Shown in pieces: positions 1 to 9,906 of a stretch of 64,000 nucleotides of DNA. Both the position numbers and the translations under genes were made by a program. Origin of the DNA: an uncultured Prevotella sp. (GTDB lineage: Bacteria > Bacteroidota > Bacteroidia > Bacteroidales > Bacteroidaceae); the NCBI GenBank assembly GCA_945834405.1, contig CAMAHD010000002.1, positions 2,645 through 66,644 of the forward strand. Reading direction: 5' to 3'. Under the pieces are notes generated by a model, which was given only the letters and a program-made list of their open reading frames with translations, was not told where the DNA came from and made no database searches. Each line of letters starts with the position of its first letter. The first letter of the stretch is position 1.

Positions 1-441
1 GTTGTGCGCATCTGCCGCTTGGGAAAAGGAATACCCGAACGCTTCGCCCATAGATACTATGATGCAGTGACAGTAGGCATCGACTTCACAGCCCGCGACT
101 GGCAACGGAAGTTCCGCAGCCAAGGTCTTCCCTGGGAGCTGTGCAAGGGGTTCGACGGTTCTGCTGCCATCGGCGAGTGGGTTCCTAAAGAACGGTTCAG
201 GGACATCCAGGCACTGCCTTTCCATCTCGACATCAACGGGAAAACCGTACAGGAGGGCTGCACAGCCGACATGCTGTTCCGCATCGATGAACTGATTGCC
301 TATATCAGCCAGTTCTTTACCTTGAAGACAGGAGACATCTTATATACCGGAACGCCTGTAGGTATCGGTCCCGTACACATTGACGATCATCTGGAGGGAT
401 TCATAGAAGACCTCAAAGTGATGGAGTTTAACTGCAAATGA
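1..441 (+). CDS. Fumarylacetoacetate hydrolase family protein (5'-truncated by window)
   Basis: Motifs GIDFTARDWQ, KGFDGSA and TLKTGDILYTGTPVG are typical of the FAH family. The frame is open to the window edge. Confidence 0.9.
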   Translation, partial: VVRICRLGKGIPERFAHRYYDAVTVGIDFTARDWQRKFRSQGLPWELCKGFDGSAAIGEWVPKERFRDIQALPFHLDINGKTVQEGCTADMLFRIDELIAYISQFFTLKTGDILYTGTPVGIGPVHIDDHLEGFIEDLKVMEFNCK

Positions 442-442
442 A

Positions 443-3400
443 ATGAAGAAAAGACAAATAGTACTATTCGCCTTCCTTTGCTGCGCCCTGCTGAAGACCG
501 GAGCGCAGGAGTTCTTTAATCTGAGTGCTGAGGATATCAGCCTCAACACCCATCTTCCTGTTTTCACACACAGCATACAGTTGGGAGAGCATTTCCAGTA
601 CACTGACTATGAAGTCACGATTGAATATCCGGAATTCATGGATATGTCGGAGGCGGATGTTCAGCGGTACCATGAGCTGTGCAACGACAGCCTGCCCGAA
701 CTGCCCCGCATCAATACCCAATTGAGCATAGACAGGAAGCAGGGGATTCTCGACATCAGTCTGATGCCATTGGTATGCCGTGACGGCCATTATCAGAAAC
801 TGGTAAGCTTCAAATTAGCTGTCGAGGAAAAACCTCGCGCCCGAGTGATGCGTAGCAGCGAAGCAGCAGAACGCTACACTTCGGAATCGGTACTTGCCAA
901 GGGTTCATGGGCCAAAATAAGGGTTCCTGCTTCTGGCGTGTATCAGCTGACGAGCGACGTTGTCAGACAAGCCGGATTCAGCGACATCAACAAGGTCAAG
1001 ATTTACGGATACGGAGGTGCTCTGCAACCGGAAATACTCAGCGGAGACTATCTGCGAGAGACGGACGACCTGAAACAGGTACCCCAGTGTATTGTCAACG
1101 GCAAGCACCTGTTCTACGCCCAAGGTCCGGTAACATGGAGCAATACTGCTACGCGCATCCGCAACCCATACAGTAACTACGGCTACTATTTCATTACCGA
1201 GAATGAAGAACAGGTACTGACCGTCGACAGTGCCGCTTTTGTTGGCAGCTTCTATCCTTCAGATGACTTCAGAAATACCATCTATGAAGTGGATGACTAT
1301 GCCTGGTATGACGGCGGAAGAAATCTGTATGACTCCCGACTGATCAGCGATACGGAAGCATCACAGTACACCCTGCAGGCAGCCAACCCCAGTGAGGGAG
1401 GACGTCTGTTCATCATGCTTACTGCCGACACGCCCAGCCCCGCCACCTCCTCAGCAGAAATAACACTGAACGGAGAATCCATCGGCAAGGCTACCGTCAG
1501 CAAGCGTGACACTTACGGCAAGGCTAAGGCTACCAAATCGACCCTCAGCTTACCCACACTGACAGACAACAACAAGATTACCATCAAAAAGCTGACGGGC
1601 AATAATATGCGTCTGGATTACATGGTATTGCAGACCAATGCCTACGCGCCGGCTCCGTCGCTCTCAACCGCTTCCTTCCCTGCAGCCGAATATGTGTACC
1701 GCATCACCAACCAGAACATGCACGGTCATGGACCGGTGGATATGGTCATCATCATTCCTACTACACAGAAACTGAAAGCACAGGCTGAAAGGCTGAAGGC
1801 CATACACGAGAAATACGATTCGCTGAGCGTACGTATCGTGCCTGCCGACGAACTGTTTAACGAATTCTCCAGCGGTACGCCCGATGCTACTGCCTACAAG
1901 AGATACATGAAGATGCTCTACGACCGTGCCGAGACGGCAGATGACGCTCCCAAATATCTGCTGCTGTTTGGAGATGGCGCATGGGACAACCGCATGCTTA
2001 CGACGGCATGGCGCAACATGAGTCCGGACGACTATCTGCTATGTTACGAGAGTGAAAACTCATACGATGAAGTGTACTGCTTTGTATCTGACGACTTCTT
2101 CTGTATGCTGGATGACCAGGAAGCCATACTCAGCGGAGACGAAATGGGTTCGAACTACCGCGGCAAGGCTGACGTGGCTGTAGGCCGTTTCCCCGTACGC
2201 AACGAGACAGAGGCTAAAATCATGGTGGACAAAGTGGAAACCTATCTGAACAAAAGCATCAACGGAGCCTGGCAGAATACCTTGGTGTTTATGGGCGACG
2301 ACGGCAACAACAACATCCACATGATTGCTGCTGACGCTGCAGCCAAGATTGTAGAAGAGAAATATCCGTCATACGAAGTACGCCGCATCTTCTGGGATGC
2401 CTACACCAGGGAGTCCTCCTCTACGGGTAACCGTTTCCCGGAGGTTGAAAACCTCGTGAAACAGTATATCAAAGAGGGCGCACTCATCATGGACTACAAC
2501 GGTCATGGAACCACCTACTGCCTTTCACACGAACAGTCTATCTTGCTGTCTTACTTCAAGAACGACAACAGCGGCAAGATGCCTTTGTGGATTACAGCCT
2601 CATGCGACGTCATGCCTTTTGACGGACAGGAAGACAATATCGGAGAGGTGGCTGTACTGAATCCCAATGGAGGTGCCATCGCTTTCTATGGTACTACCCG
2701 CACCGTACTCTCCACACAAAACAAGCTGATGAACAATGCGTTCATCTCAAGGGTACTGAGCACCGAAAACGGAGGGGTAGGTATCGGAGAGGCTGTGAGA
2801 ACCACCAAGAATGCACTGGTGGAAGCAGACGGAACGCCTTCTGACCTCACGGTGAACAAACTGCAATATACTCTGTTGGGAGACCCTGCCGTCAAACTTG
2901 CCACTCCGCGACTGTCAATGGTGGTTGACTCTATCAACGGAGAGGTTATGACGGCCGGCAATACCATAGAGATGAAAGCCGGCATGGCAGTGAAGGTATC
3001 GGGTCACGTAGAGCGGAACGGAGTGGCTGATGACAGCTTCACAGGACTGCTGAACGTCAAAGTAAAAGATGCCATCGAAACCATTACCTGCAAGCTGAAC
3101 AATACCAGTGACGACGGTGCCAAGACCCCATACGTGTTCCAAGACCGCACCAGCAACATCTTCAAGGGTCAGGACAGCATACGCCAGGGAAAGTTCACCT
3201 TTACCTTCGCCGTACCCAAGGACATCAGGTACGAAGACGGTGCCGGACAGATACTGCTTTACGGTACGTCTGAAGACAAGAGTCTGACTGCCCACGGAGA
3301 CAACGAGAGTGTCATCTTCAAAGGAACAGGCGACTTGAACTGCGACTCTGTGGGTCCGTCCGTCTTCTGCTATCTCAACTCCACCTCGTTCCGCAATGGA

Positions 3401-4009
3401 GACCAAGTGAATTCCACACCCTACTTCGTAGCAGAGATACGAGATGAGGACGGCATCAATGCCGCAGGAAGCGGTATCGGACATGACATGCGACTGATTA
3501 TCGATGACGATGTCGCCATGACATACAATCTGAACGACTACTTCATGTATGATTTCGGAACCCACCAGTCTGGACGAGTAGGTTTCAGTCTGCCTGAACT
3601 GCCTTTAGGACAGCACAAGGTTTCCTTCCGTGTATGGGACATCCTGAATAACTCTACCTACTCTGAACTGACATTCCGGGTGACAGACGGATTGAGACCC
3701 AACGTCTTTGACATACAGTGTACAAAGAACCCAGCTGTCAACAGCACCAGCTTCGTCGTCTCTCACGACCGTATAGGCTCTGAAGTAGACGTGACGCTTG
3801 AACTCTTTGACATGTCAGGACGAATACTCTGGGCTAACAGACAACGCATGACTCCTGCTGAAAGTACTCTGACAGTAGACTGGAACCTGACTATTGACGG
3901 AGGTCGTACACTGGGCACCGGTGTCTATCTATATCGTGTGCGCCTGACCAGCGACGGCAATACGCGCACCTCCAAAGCCAAGAAATTAATCGTCATAAGC
4001 AATAATTAG
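443..4009 (+). CDS. porU: Type IX secretion system sortase PorU (peptidase C25)
   Basis: 1188 aa with signal peptide, C25 core (YLLLFGDG, VGRFPV, DYNGHG catalytic His, ITASC catalytic Cys, LLGDPA) and a C-terminal CTD-like domain (GVYLYRV...KKLIV). Directly upstream of porV. Confidence 0.93.
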   Translation: MKKRQIVLFAFLCCALLKTGAQEFFNLSAEDISLNTHLPVFTHSIQLGEHFQYTDYEVTIEYPEFMDMSEADVQRYHELCNDSLPELPRINTQLSIDRKQGILDISLMPLVCRDGHYQKLVSFKLAVEEKPRARVMRSSEAAERYTSESVLAKGSWAKIRVPASGVYQLTSDVVRQAGFSDINKVKIYGYGGALQPEILSGDYLRETDDLKQVPQCIVNGKHLFYAQGPVTWSNTATRIRNPYSNYGYYFITENEEQVLTVDSAAFVGSFYPSDDFRNTIYEVDDYAWYDGGRNLYDSRLISDTEASQYTLQAANPSEGGRLFIMLTADTPSPATSSAEITLNGESIGKATVSKRDTYGKAKATKSTLSLPTLTDNNKITIKKLTGNNMRLDYMVLQTNAYAPAPSLSTASFPAAEYVYRITNQNMHGHGPVDMVIIIPTTQKLKAQAERLKAIHEKYDSLSVRIVPADELFNEFSSGTPDATAYKRYMKMLYDRAETADDAPKYLLLFGDGAWDNRMLTTAWRNMSPDDYLLCYESENSYDEVYCFVSDDFFCMLDDQEAILSGDEMGSNYRGKADVAVGRFPVRNETEAKIMVDKVETYLNKSINGAWQNTLVFMGDDGNNNIHMIAADAAAKIVEEKYPSYEVRRIFWDAYTRESSSTGNRFPEVENLVKQYIKEGALIMDYNGHGTTYCLSHEQSILLSYFKNDNSGKMPLWITASCDVMPFDGQEDNIGEVAVLNPNGGAIAFYGTTRTVLSTQNKLMNNAFISRVLSTENGGVGIGEAVRTTKNALVEADGTPSDLTVNKLQYTLLGDPAVKLATPRLSMVVDSINGEVMTAGNTIEMKAGMAVKVSGHVERNGVADDSFTGLLNVKVKDAIETITCKLNNTSDDGAKTPYVFQDRTSNIFKGQDSIRQGKFTFTFAVPKDIRYEDGAGQILLYGTSEDKSLTAHGDNESVIFKGTGDLNCDSVGPSVFCYLNSTSFRNGDQVNSTPYFVAEIRDEDGINAAGSGIGHDMRLIIDDDVAMTYNLNDYFMYDFGTHQSGRVGFSLPELPLGQHKVSFRVWDILNNSTYSELTFRVTDGLRPNVFDIQCTKNPAVNSTSFVVSHDRIGSEVDVTLELFDMSGRILWANRQRMTPAESTLTVDWNLTIDGGRTLGTGVYLYRVRLTSDGNTRTSKAKKLIVISNN

Positions 4010-4081
4010 GGGACTATCTCCGTTTAGAAAGAGACAAGCATAGTTTTAGACTTAAAGATAACAGAACAAAAATCCATACAA

Positions 4082-5251
4082 ATGAAACAATCACTCAGAC
4101 TCTATGCCTTGATGACTGCCTTGCTCATGGCAGTGGTCAGCAAGGCACAAGACTACAAGTTGCAAGAATACAATCCTGTTGAACACGCGGTCATCTCGCA
4201 GATGATTGCTCCCGATGCACGTGCTGCCGGTATGGGTGACGTGGGTGCCGCTACCGACCCCGACGTCAACTCGCAATACTGGAATCCGGCCAAATATCCC
4301 TTCTGCATCAGCAGGGCTGGTATAGCTCTCAACTACACTCCTTGGTTGAGACAACTGGTCAATGACATTGACCTGGCATACGTTGCCGGTTATTACCGTA
4401 TCGGCGACTACAGTGCCATTTCAGGTTCACTCCGTTATTTCTCTCTGGGTGAGGTCATGACGAGTACCAGCGAAGATGCCATGACCGTCAAACCTTACGA
4501 GATGTCCATCGATGCTGCCTACTCCCTGATGCTCAGCGAGAAGTTCTCTATCGCAGCGGCTATCCGATGGATTTACTCCGACCTGCGTTACGACTACTCC
4601 GAAGAGTCGTCACCAGCCTCTGCTTTCGCTGCTGACTTGGCAATGTATTATAACAACTACATCAATATCGGCAGCCGTGAATGCCAATTGGGTTTGGGTA
4701 TGAACATCAGCAACATTGGTAGTAAGATCTCATACTACGGCGACGACCGCAGCCAGTTTATTCCTGCCAACATGCGTATAGGTGCCTCGCTGATGGTACC
4801 GGTAGACGAGTTCAACCGCTTCTCTATCTGTGCTGATGCCAACAAGCTGCTGGTTCCTACCGTTCCTGCACAGCTGGAAGGCGAGAGTTCTGCTGACTAT
4901 CAAGACCGTGTGATCCGCGAATACAGTGATGTAGGTTCCATCTCCGGTATCTTCAAGAGTTTCAGTGATGCTCCCGGAGGATTCAAGGAAGAAATGGAGG
5001 AGATACAATGGAGTGTGGGTGCCGAATATGTGTACCACGACCAGTTCTCTCTCCGTGCCGGTTATCACCACCAGAGCGAAAGTAAGGGTAACCTGAAATA
5101 CTTTACCGTGGGAGGTGGATTCCGCATGAATGTCTTTTCACTCGATGTGGGTTATGTTATCTCAACAGCTCAAACCAATCCACTGGACCAGACTCTTCGC
5201 TTCACGCTGACATTTGACATGGACGGACTGAAGGATCTGTTCAGACGCTAA
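4082..5251 (+). CDS. porV: T9SS outer-membrane shuttle protein PorV
   Basis: IAPDARAAGMGDVG, YWNPAKY, YTPWLRQLVND and NPLDQTLRFTL motifs. Conserved porU-porV-ispF synteny. Confidence 0.93.
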   Translation: MKQSLRLYALMTALLMAVVSKAQDYKLQEYNPVEHAVISQMIAPDARAAGMGDVGAATDPDVNSQYWNPAKYPFCISRAGIALNYTPWLRQLVNDIDLAYVAGYYRIGDYSAISGSLRYFSLGEVMTSTSEDAMTVKPYEMSIDAAYSLMLSEKFSIAAAIRWIYSDLRYDYSEESSPASAFAADLAMYYNNYINIGSRECQLGLGMNISNIGSKISYYGDDRSQFIPANMRIGASLMVPVDEFNRFSICADANKLLVPTVPAQLEGESSADYQDRVIREYSDVGSISGIFKSFSDAPGGFKEEMEEIQWSVGAEYVYHDQFSLRAGYHHQSESKGNLKYFTVGGGFRMNVFSLDVGYVISTAQTNPLDQTLRFTLTFDMDGLKDLFRR

Positions 5252-5281
5252 ACATTCTACACCTTATTATATATATACGGT

Positions 5282-5761
5282 ATGAAAATCAGAGTCGGTT
5301 TCGGATTTGATGTTCACAGACTCGTTGAAGGTCGTGAACTATGGATGGGAGGTATACGTCTGGATCATTCCATGGGACTGTTAGGACACAGCGATGCAGA
5401 CGTGCTGATACATGCTATCTGCGATGCCCTGTTAGGTGCTGCTAATATGCGTGACATCGGTTACCATTTCCCTGACACCTCTGCAGATACATTGAATATC
5501 GACAGCAAGATATTGCTGAAGAAAACCATGAAACTGGTTGAGGATAAGGGGTATACCTTAGGCAACATCGACGCAACCATCTGTGCCGAACGTCCAAAGA
5601 TGAACCCACACATCCCCGACATGAAAGCCTGTCTCGCAGAAATACTGCAGACAGACCCAGACAACATTTCCATCAAGGCTACCACCACTGAGCGTCTGGG
5701 GTTCACCGGACGTGAAGAAGGTATCAGTGCCTATGCCACTGTCCTTATAGAAAAAGACTGA
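5282..5761 (+). CDS. ispF: 2-C-methyl-D-erythritol 2,4-cyclodiphosphate synthase
   Basis: RVGFGFDVH, GHSDADVLIHAICDALLGA and KATTTERLGFTGREEGI motifs. Confidence 0.97.
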   Translation: MKIRVGFGFDVHRLVEGRELWMGGIRLDHSMGLLGHSDADVLIHAICDALLGAANMRDIGYHFPDTSADTLNIDSKILLKKTMKLVEDKGYTLGNIDATICAERPKMNPHIPDMKACLAEILQTDPDNISIKATTTERLGFTGREEGISAYATVLIEKD

Positions 5762-5824
5762 AGCCACCAGTCTATAGGTGAGTCCAGTCCTTTCAGGAAT
5801 GACAAACGATGATGAAAGAATAAC

Positions 5825-6589
5825 TCAGGGTCTGGATTCGCCTTCTACATATTCCTCCATGAAGATATGTTCTCCGTCAAAAACGACGTAAGTAAACTGG
5901 GAAATCCAATCGCCCAAGATCATCATTCGGGCTTTTTTGGTCAGCTGTAAATCAAGTTCTATATGACGATGGCCATAGATGAAATAATCTACGTTGCTGT
6001 GTGTCTGGATATACTGCTTGGTAAAGAGCACCAAAGGCTCCTTTCGTTCGCCCATATAAGGAGGCTCCTGACCGTCCTTGCGCTTCAGACGGCTGTGCTT
6101 AGCCCATGTCAAGCCAAACCACATTCCCCAACGAGGATGTAAGGAGGAGAAAAGACGCTGGCAAGTATGGTTGCGGAAGATACGGCGTATTATCTTGAAC
6201 TTTTTGTCGGGGTCGCCTAATCCGTCGCCATGATCCAGGAAAAACACTTTGCCGTAAATCTCTGTGGTCAAAGGCTTGCGATGGAGTATGACACCACACT
6301 CCTTTTCGAGATAGTCGTATGCCCAGATATCATGATTACCAATAAAGAAATGCACCTCCACACCTTCGTCTGTCAGTTCGGACAATTTTCCCAAGAAACG
6401 GGAATATCCCTTGGGCACTACATATTTGTATTCGTACCAAAAGTCGAACATATCTCCCAAGAGGTATACAGCAGCAGCTTTCTCTTTGATACTATCCAGA
6501 AAACGTACCAAACGGCGTTCGTGCATACGGCTATGGTCTATCGCCAATGAACCGAGATGGGCATCAGAAAGAAAATAAACATTCTTCAT
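5825..6589 (-). CDS. lpxH: UDP-2,3-diacylglucosamine diphosphatase (LpxH-like metallophosphoesterase)
   Basis: YFLSDAHLG, LLGDMFDFW, GNHD, HGDG, GHRH and LGDW motifs. Confidence 0.85.
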   Translation of the reverse strand: MKNVYFLSDAHLGSLAIDHSRMHERRLVRFLDSIKEKAAAVYLLGDMFDFWYEYKYVVPKGYSRFLGKLSELTDEGVEVHFFIGNHDIWAYDYLEKECGVILHRKPLTTEIYGKVFFLDHGDGLGDPDKKFKIIRRIFRNHTCQRLFSSLHPRWGMWFGLTWAKHSRLKRKDGQEPPYMGERKEPLVLFTKQYIQTHSNVDYFIYGHRHIELDLQLTKKARMMILGDWISQFTYVVFDGEHIFMEEYVEGESRP

Positions 6590-6607
6590 ATATTCTGTCC
6601 TCCTCGG

Positions 6608-6928
6608 TTATTCCAATCCCAGCTCCACACGTGCCTCCTCTGTCATCATACTCTGATCCCAAGTGGGTTCCATCACGAAGTTGACATTGGTGTTCATCAC
6701 TCCTTCGATGGAGTCTACTTTCTGGCGAACATCCTCCAGGATGAAGTCGGCTGCCGGACAGGTGGGCGAAGTGAAAGTCATGTCAAGCTCCACATCCCCA
6801 TTATCATGCACGTCCACTTTATAGATCAATCCCAAATCGTAGATGTTGACAGGTATCTCCGGGTCATACACTGTTCTCAGCACATCTACTATACGTTCTT
6901 CTATCCTTGTCTTTTCTTCTGCTGTCAT
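6608..6928 (-). CDS. DUF59/SufT-like Fe-S cluster assembly protein
   Basis: VYDPEIPVNIYDLGLIY and MTFTSPTCPAA motifs. Confidence 0.9.
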   Translation of the reverse strand: MTAEEKTRIEERIVDVLRTVYDPEIPVNIYDLGLIYKVDVHDNGDVELDMTFTSPTCPAADFILEDVRQKVDSIEGVMNTNVNFVMEPTWDQSMMTEEARVELGLE

Positions 6929-6950
6929 ATATTGGATTCTTCTTTTTCTG

Positions 6951-6958
6951 CAAAGTTA
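6951..6958 (-). promoter_or_regulatory. Bacteroidetes -7 promoter box (TAACTTTG) for DUF59-lpxH
   Basis: Matches the TAnnTTTG consensus about 20 nt upstream of the start codon. Confidence 0.6.
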
Positions 6959-7031
6959 CGGATATTCAGCCGAAACGCCAAACATTATCCCGTTTTTTTA
7001 CACCTACTCTACAGACAGAAGCCATTGCCTG

Positions 7032-8300
7032 TCAGTTCAAGCGCAAACTCAGGCCGACATTCAAGCCGAAAGTACAGGGCTTGTCATGATAGATATTCTG
7101 TATGTTGCTGTGATTGTCAAGATATCGTCTGACATGGGGTTCGACAAACACACCCACATCCTTGCCCAACTGATAACTGATGCCCGCAGCTGCCTGATAC
7201 ATCCACTGGAGACGAGATTCGTCGATACTGGAGGTCGAAACGGTCTGTGCTGCTCCCAAAACACTTTCAGACGTACGTTGGTTGCCGCTGACCAACTGAT
7301 CTGCCTCTACACCGGCAGACAGATAAACCTGCAGACGGGAATGTTGCCATAAGGTATAGGCCAGCGAAACAGGGACACCTACATAATGCAGTTTCTGCAC
7401 CCCACTGCCACTTATATTGTCAGAAGAGTAAGAGAAAGAAGAACGGAGATAACTGTAGTTTACTCCTGCTGAAACATGCCAACGCTTGGATAAAGCATAT
7501 TTGAACTGAACACCTATGACTATGGGCAAATCATGATGATAGGCAATATTTTCTGTAACGGGTTTGCCTAACAATAACGGACTACCCTGCGGCACGGTAA
7601 GGGCATCACTGTAAGGATGAGTACCTGCTTCTTGACTGTAATTGCTCACTCCCACAGCATTACCCAAATAGGCACTGGCCAACAAGCGTGGCGCTTTGAT
7701 GGAATGATAAAGGTCCTGTTCTGCGGTGTGTTTCTTCACGCGACTGTTCTTTGGCATATCGAAAGATGCATCAGACTTGTTGTGAGAAGGGCTGGAGTCG
7801 CTTACAGAAGGGTTGGACTTTTGGCGAGAAGTACTCGGAATATCAGGCATCTCGTGCGGAACTTCATCTTGAGGCGTAATAACAGAAGGGGATGTCTCTG
7901 CTACAGCTGCCGGAATATCGGGAGCAGACGATTCATGATGACTCTCTTCTGATTGGACAGATGCATTCGCAAACACTTCTGCAGGCTCTGGAGCTGACTT
8001 GGAAGAAAATTCCCCAGCCTGCTCCTTGGCTTGGTGAGATACGACAGTCTGTGAGAGTTCGGATTTCGCAGAACCAGCCTCTTCGATACGTAGCCACCAA
8101 CCACCAATGCCAATCACTATCAATGCGACAGCAGCGGCAACCGACCATCTTCTCAGCTTAGTCCAATGGTATACCGGGAGAACTTTTTCCTTACGTTCAC
8201 ACAGAGCGTCGTCTAACGCTGTCCAATCCAGTTCCGGGGCGGTCTTTTCCAATCCGTCCATCATCTGTCTGAGCTGTTTGTTCCATTCATTCTCTGTCAT
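7032..8300 (-). CDS. Putative dual-membrane-spanning anti-sigma factor (N-terminal anti-sigma domain, TM helix, disordered linker, C-terminal outer-membrane beta-barrel)
   Basis: N-terminus W..QLRQMM...APELDW, TM segment WSVAAAVALIVIGIGGWW, S/P/E-rich linker, and amphipathic beta-strands (QKLHYVGVPVSLAY, FGLNVGLSLRLN). Overlaps the ECF sigma stop by 4 nt. Confidence 0.75.
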   Translation of the reverse strand: MTENEWNKQLRQMMDGLEKTAPELDWTALDDALCERKEKVLPVYHWTKLRRWSVAAAVALIVIGIGGWWLRIEEAGSAKSELSQTVVSHQAKEQAGEFSSKSAPEPAEVFANASVQSEESHHESSAPDIPAAVAETSPSVITPQDEVPHEMPDIPSTSRQKSNPSVSDSSPSHNKSDASFDMPKNSRVKKHTAEQDLYHSIKAPRLLASAYLGNAVGVSNYSQEAGTHPYSDALTVPQGSPLLLGKPVTENIAYHHDLPIVIGVQFKYALSKRWHVSAGVNYSYLRSSFSYSSDNISGSGVQKLHYVGVPVSLAYTLWQHSRLQVYLSAGVEADQLVSGNQRTSESVLGAAQTVSTSSIDESRLQWMYQAAAGISYQLGKDVGVFVEPHVRRYLDNHSNIQNIYHDKPCTFGLNVGLSLRLN

Positions 8301-8842
8301 ACTCGTTTTCTCTTGTTAAGTTCTTTCGCCAACATACGTTTGGCACGATGCAACTGCGATGCTGACGAGTCGGGCTTGATACCCAATATCTCGGCTATTT
8401 CATGATGGTTTTTACCTTCAAGGACAAAGAGATTGAACACCATACGATAACCATCGGGCAAGGCACGTATCGCCTCGTGTATTATCTCTGGGGTAAATGT
8501 GTTCAACTGCGGTTCTTCCTCTGCCACATCGGGCAGTGTTTGGTTGGCAAAGAGTTCTTCCTCTCTGCGTTTCTGCCGGATAAAGGAAATAGAGCGATTG
8601 ACCACGATACGCGTTGCCCATGCCTTGAATGAGCCTTTGCCCCGATATGTAAAACTGTCGATATGGGAAATGATGCTCAGCATGGCATCCTGCATCACGT
8701 CCTTCACGTCATCATCATCAGACACATAACGGGAACAGACCGCAGTAAGCTGTCCTCCATAATGGGCATAGAACAGCCTGACCGCCCGGTTGTCACCCTG
8801 ACGAATCGCCTCTGCTATCTTCTTCTCTATATCTGTACCCAT
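8297..8842 (-). CDS. ECF-type RNA polymerase sigma factor
   Basis: Region 2 (DVMQDAM...FKAWATRIVVNRSI) and region 4 (LPDGYRMVFNLFVLEGKNHHEIAEILGI). Confidence 0.93.
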   Translation of the reverse strand: MGTDIEKKIAEAIRQGDNRAVRLFYAHYGGQLTAVCSRYVSDDDDVKDVMQDAMLSIISHIDSFTYRGKGSFKAWATRIVVNRSISFIRQKRREEELFANQTLPDVAEEEPQLNTFTPEIIHEAIRALPDGYRMVFNLFVLEGKNHHEIAEILGIKPDSSASQLHRAKRMLAKELNKRKRV

Positions 8843-8904
8843 TGTGCTATGACTTGTACCTATTATATAAACGCGCGCGTAAAAGAAACTTGCACGGAAA
8901 AAGC

Positions 8905-8950
8905 AAAAAAAAGCAGGAGGTGAAGTATTTTATCACTTCATCTCCTGCTT
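8905..8950 (-). terminator. Rho-independent terminator of rpmH
   Basis: Inverted repeat AAGCAGGAGGTGAAGT / ACTTCATCTCCTGCTT followed by a T-run on the minus strand. Confidence 0.8.
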
Positions 8951-8983
8951 GTGTGGTTGTTGCTCAAAGAAGAGCCGACGGAT

Positions 8984-9139
8984 TTACTTTCCGTGATGCT
9001 CGTCTGATACTGTCAACTTCTTGCGGCCCTTGGCACGACGAGAAGCCAGTACTCGACGTCCGTTTTTAGTAGCCATTCTCTCACGGAAGCCGTGCTTATT
9101 CACTCTTCTTCTGTTGTGCGGCTGAAATGTTCTTTTCAT
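8984..9139 (-). CDS. rpmH: 50S ribosomal protein L34 (not in the ORF track)
   Basis: Manual translation gives [51 protein letters not shown] (51 aa). Confidence 0.97.
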   Translation of the reverse strand: MKRTFQPHNRRRVNKHGFRERMATKNGRRVLASRRAKGRKKLTVSDEHHGK

Positions 9140-9182
9140 CTTATTTTATCTTTTTACGTTATAATTTCACGCTTTTGGGTTG

Positions 9183-9272
9183 CAAAAGTACACATTTATT
9201 TCCAAACAACCAAAAGTTATACTATTTTTAGTGCATTCTTTTATGTTTTTTTCAAAAAAAAGCGTAACTTTG
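9183..9272. promoter_or_regulatory. Divergent -7 promoter boxes for rpmH (TACTTTTG, minus, 9183-9190) and efp (TAACTTTG, plus, 9265-9272)
   Basis: TAnnTTTG consensus on each strand upstream of the respective start codon. Confidence 0.65.
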
Positions 9273-9317
9273 CACCCGATTACGGAGATTTTCACATAAA
9301 ATCAACATAAAAAGTAT

Positions 9318-9884
9318 ATGATTAATTCACAAGACATTAAGAAAGGAACTGCAATCCGCATGGATGGCGGCATTTGGGTATGTATCGATTTCCAGCACCG
9401 CAAGCCCGGTAAGGGAAACACGGTTATGAACACCAAACTGAAGAACGTAACTGACGGACGTGTGCTTGACCGCACCTTCCAGGTTGGCTTCAAACTGGAG
9501 GATGTGATCATTGAGCGTCGCCCCTATCAGTATCTTTATGAAGACCCCACAGGCCGCATCTTCATGAACCAGGAAACCTTCGAGCAGATTCCCATTGCCA
9601 ACGACCTCGTTATCGGTCATGAGTACATGAAGGAGAGCGACATCGTAGAAGTGGTTACAGACACCACCGATGGCACTATCCTCTATGCAGAAATGCCGGT
9701 GAAGACCACCCTGCGCGTAACCCACAGCGAACCCGGCGTGAAAGGCGACACCGCAACAAACGCTACCAAGCCCGCTACTCTGGAGACGGGTGTAGAGATT
9801 CGCGTACCCCTCTTTATCAACGAGGGCGACCTGATTCAGGTTGACACCCGCGACGGCAGCTATCTGCAGCGCATGAAGGAGTAA
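9318..9884 (+). CDS. efp: Elongation factor P
   Basis: HRKPGKG loop, PGVKGDTA, KPATLETG, VPLFINEGD and VDTRDG motifs. Confidence 0.97.
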   Translation: MINSQDIKKGTAIRMDGGIWVCIDFQHRKPGKGNTVMNTKLKNVTDGRVLDRTFQVGFKLEDVIIERRPYQYLYEDPTGRIFMNQETFEQIPIANDLVIGHEYMKESDIVEVVTDTTDGTILYAEMPVKTTLRVTHSEPGVKGDTATNATKPATLETGVEIRVPLFINEGDLIQVDTRDGSYLQRMKE

Positions 9885-9906
9885 TAACACCTTAGATTCA
9901 TTACCC

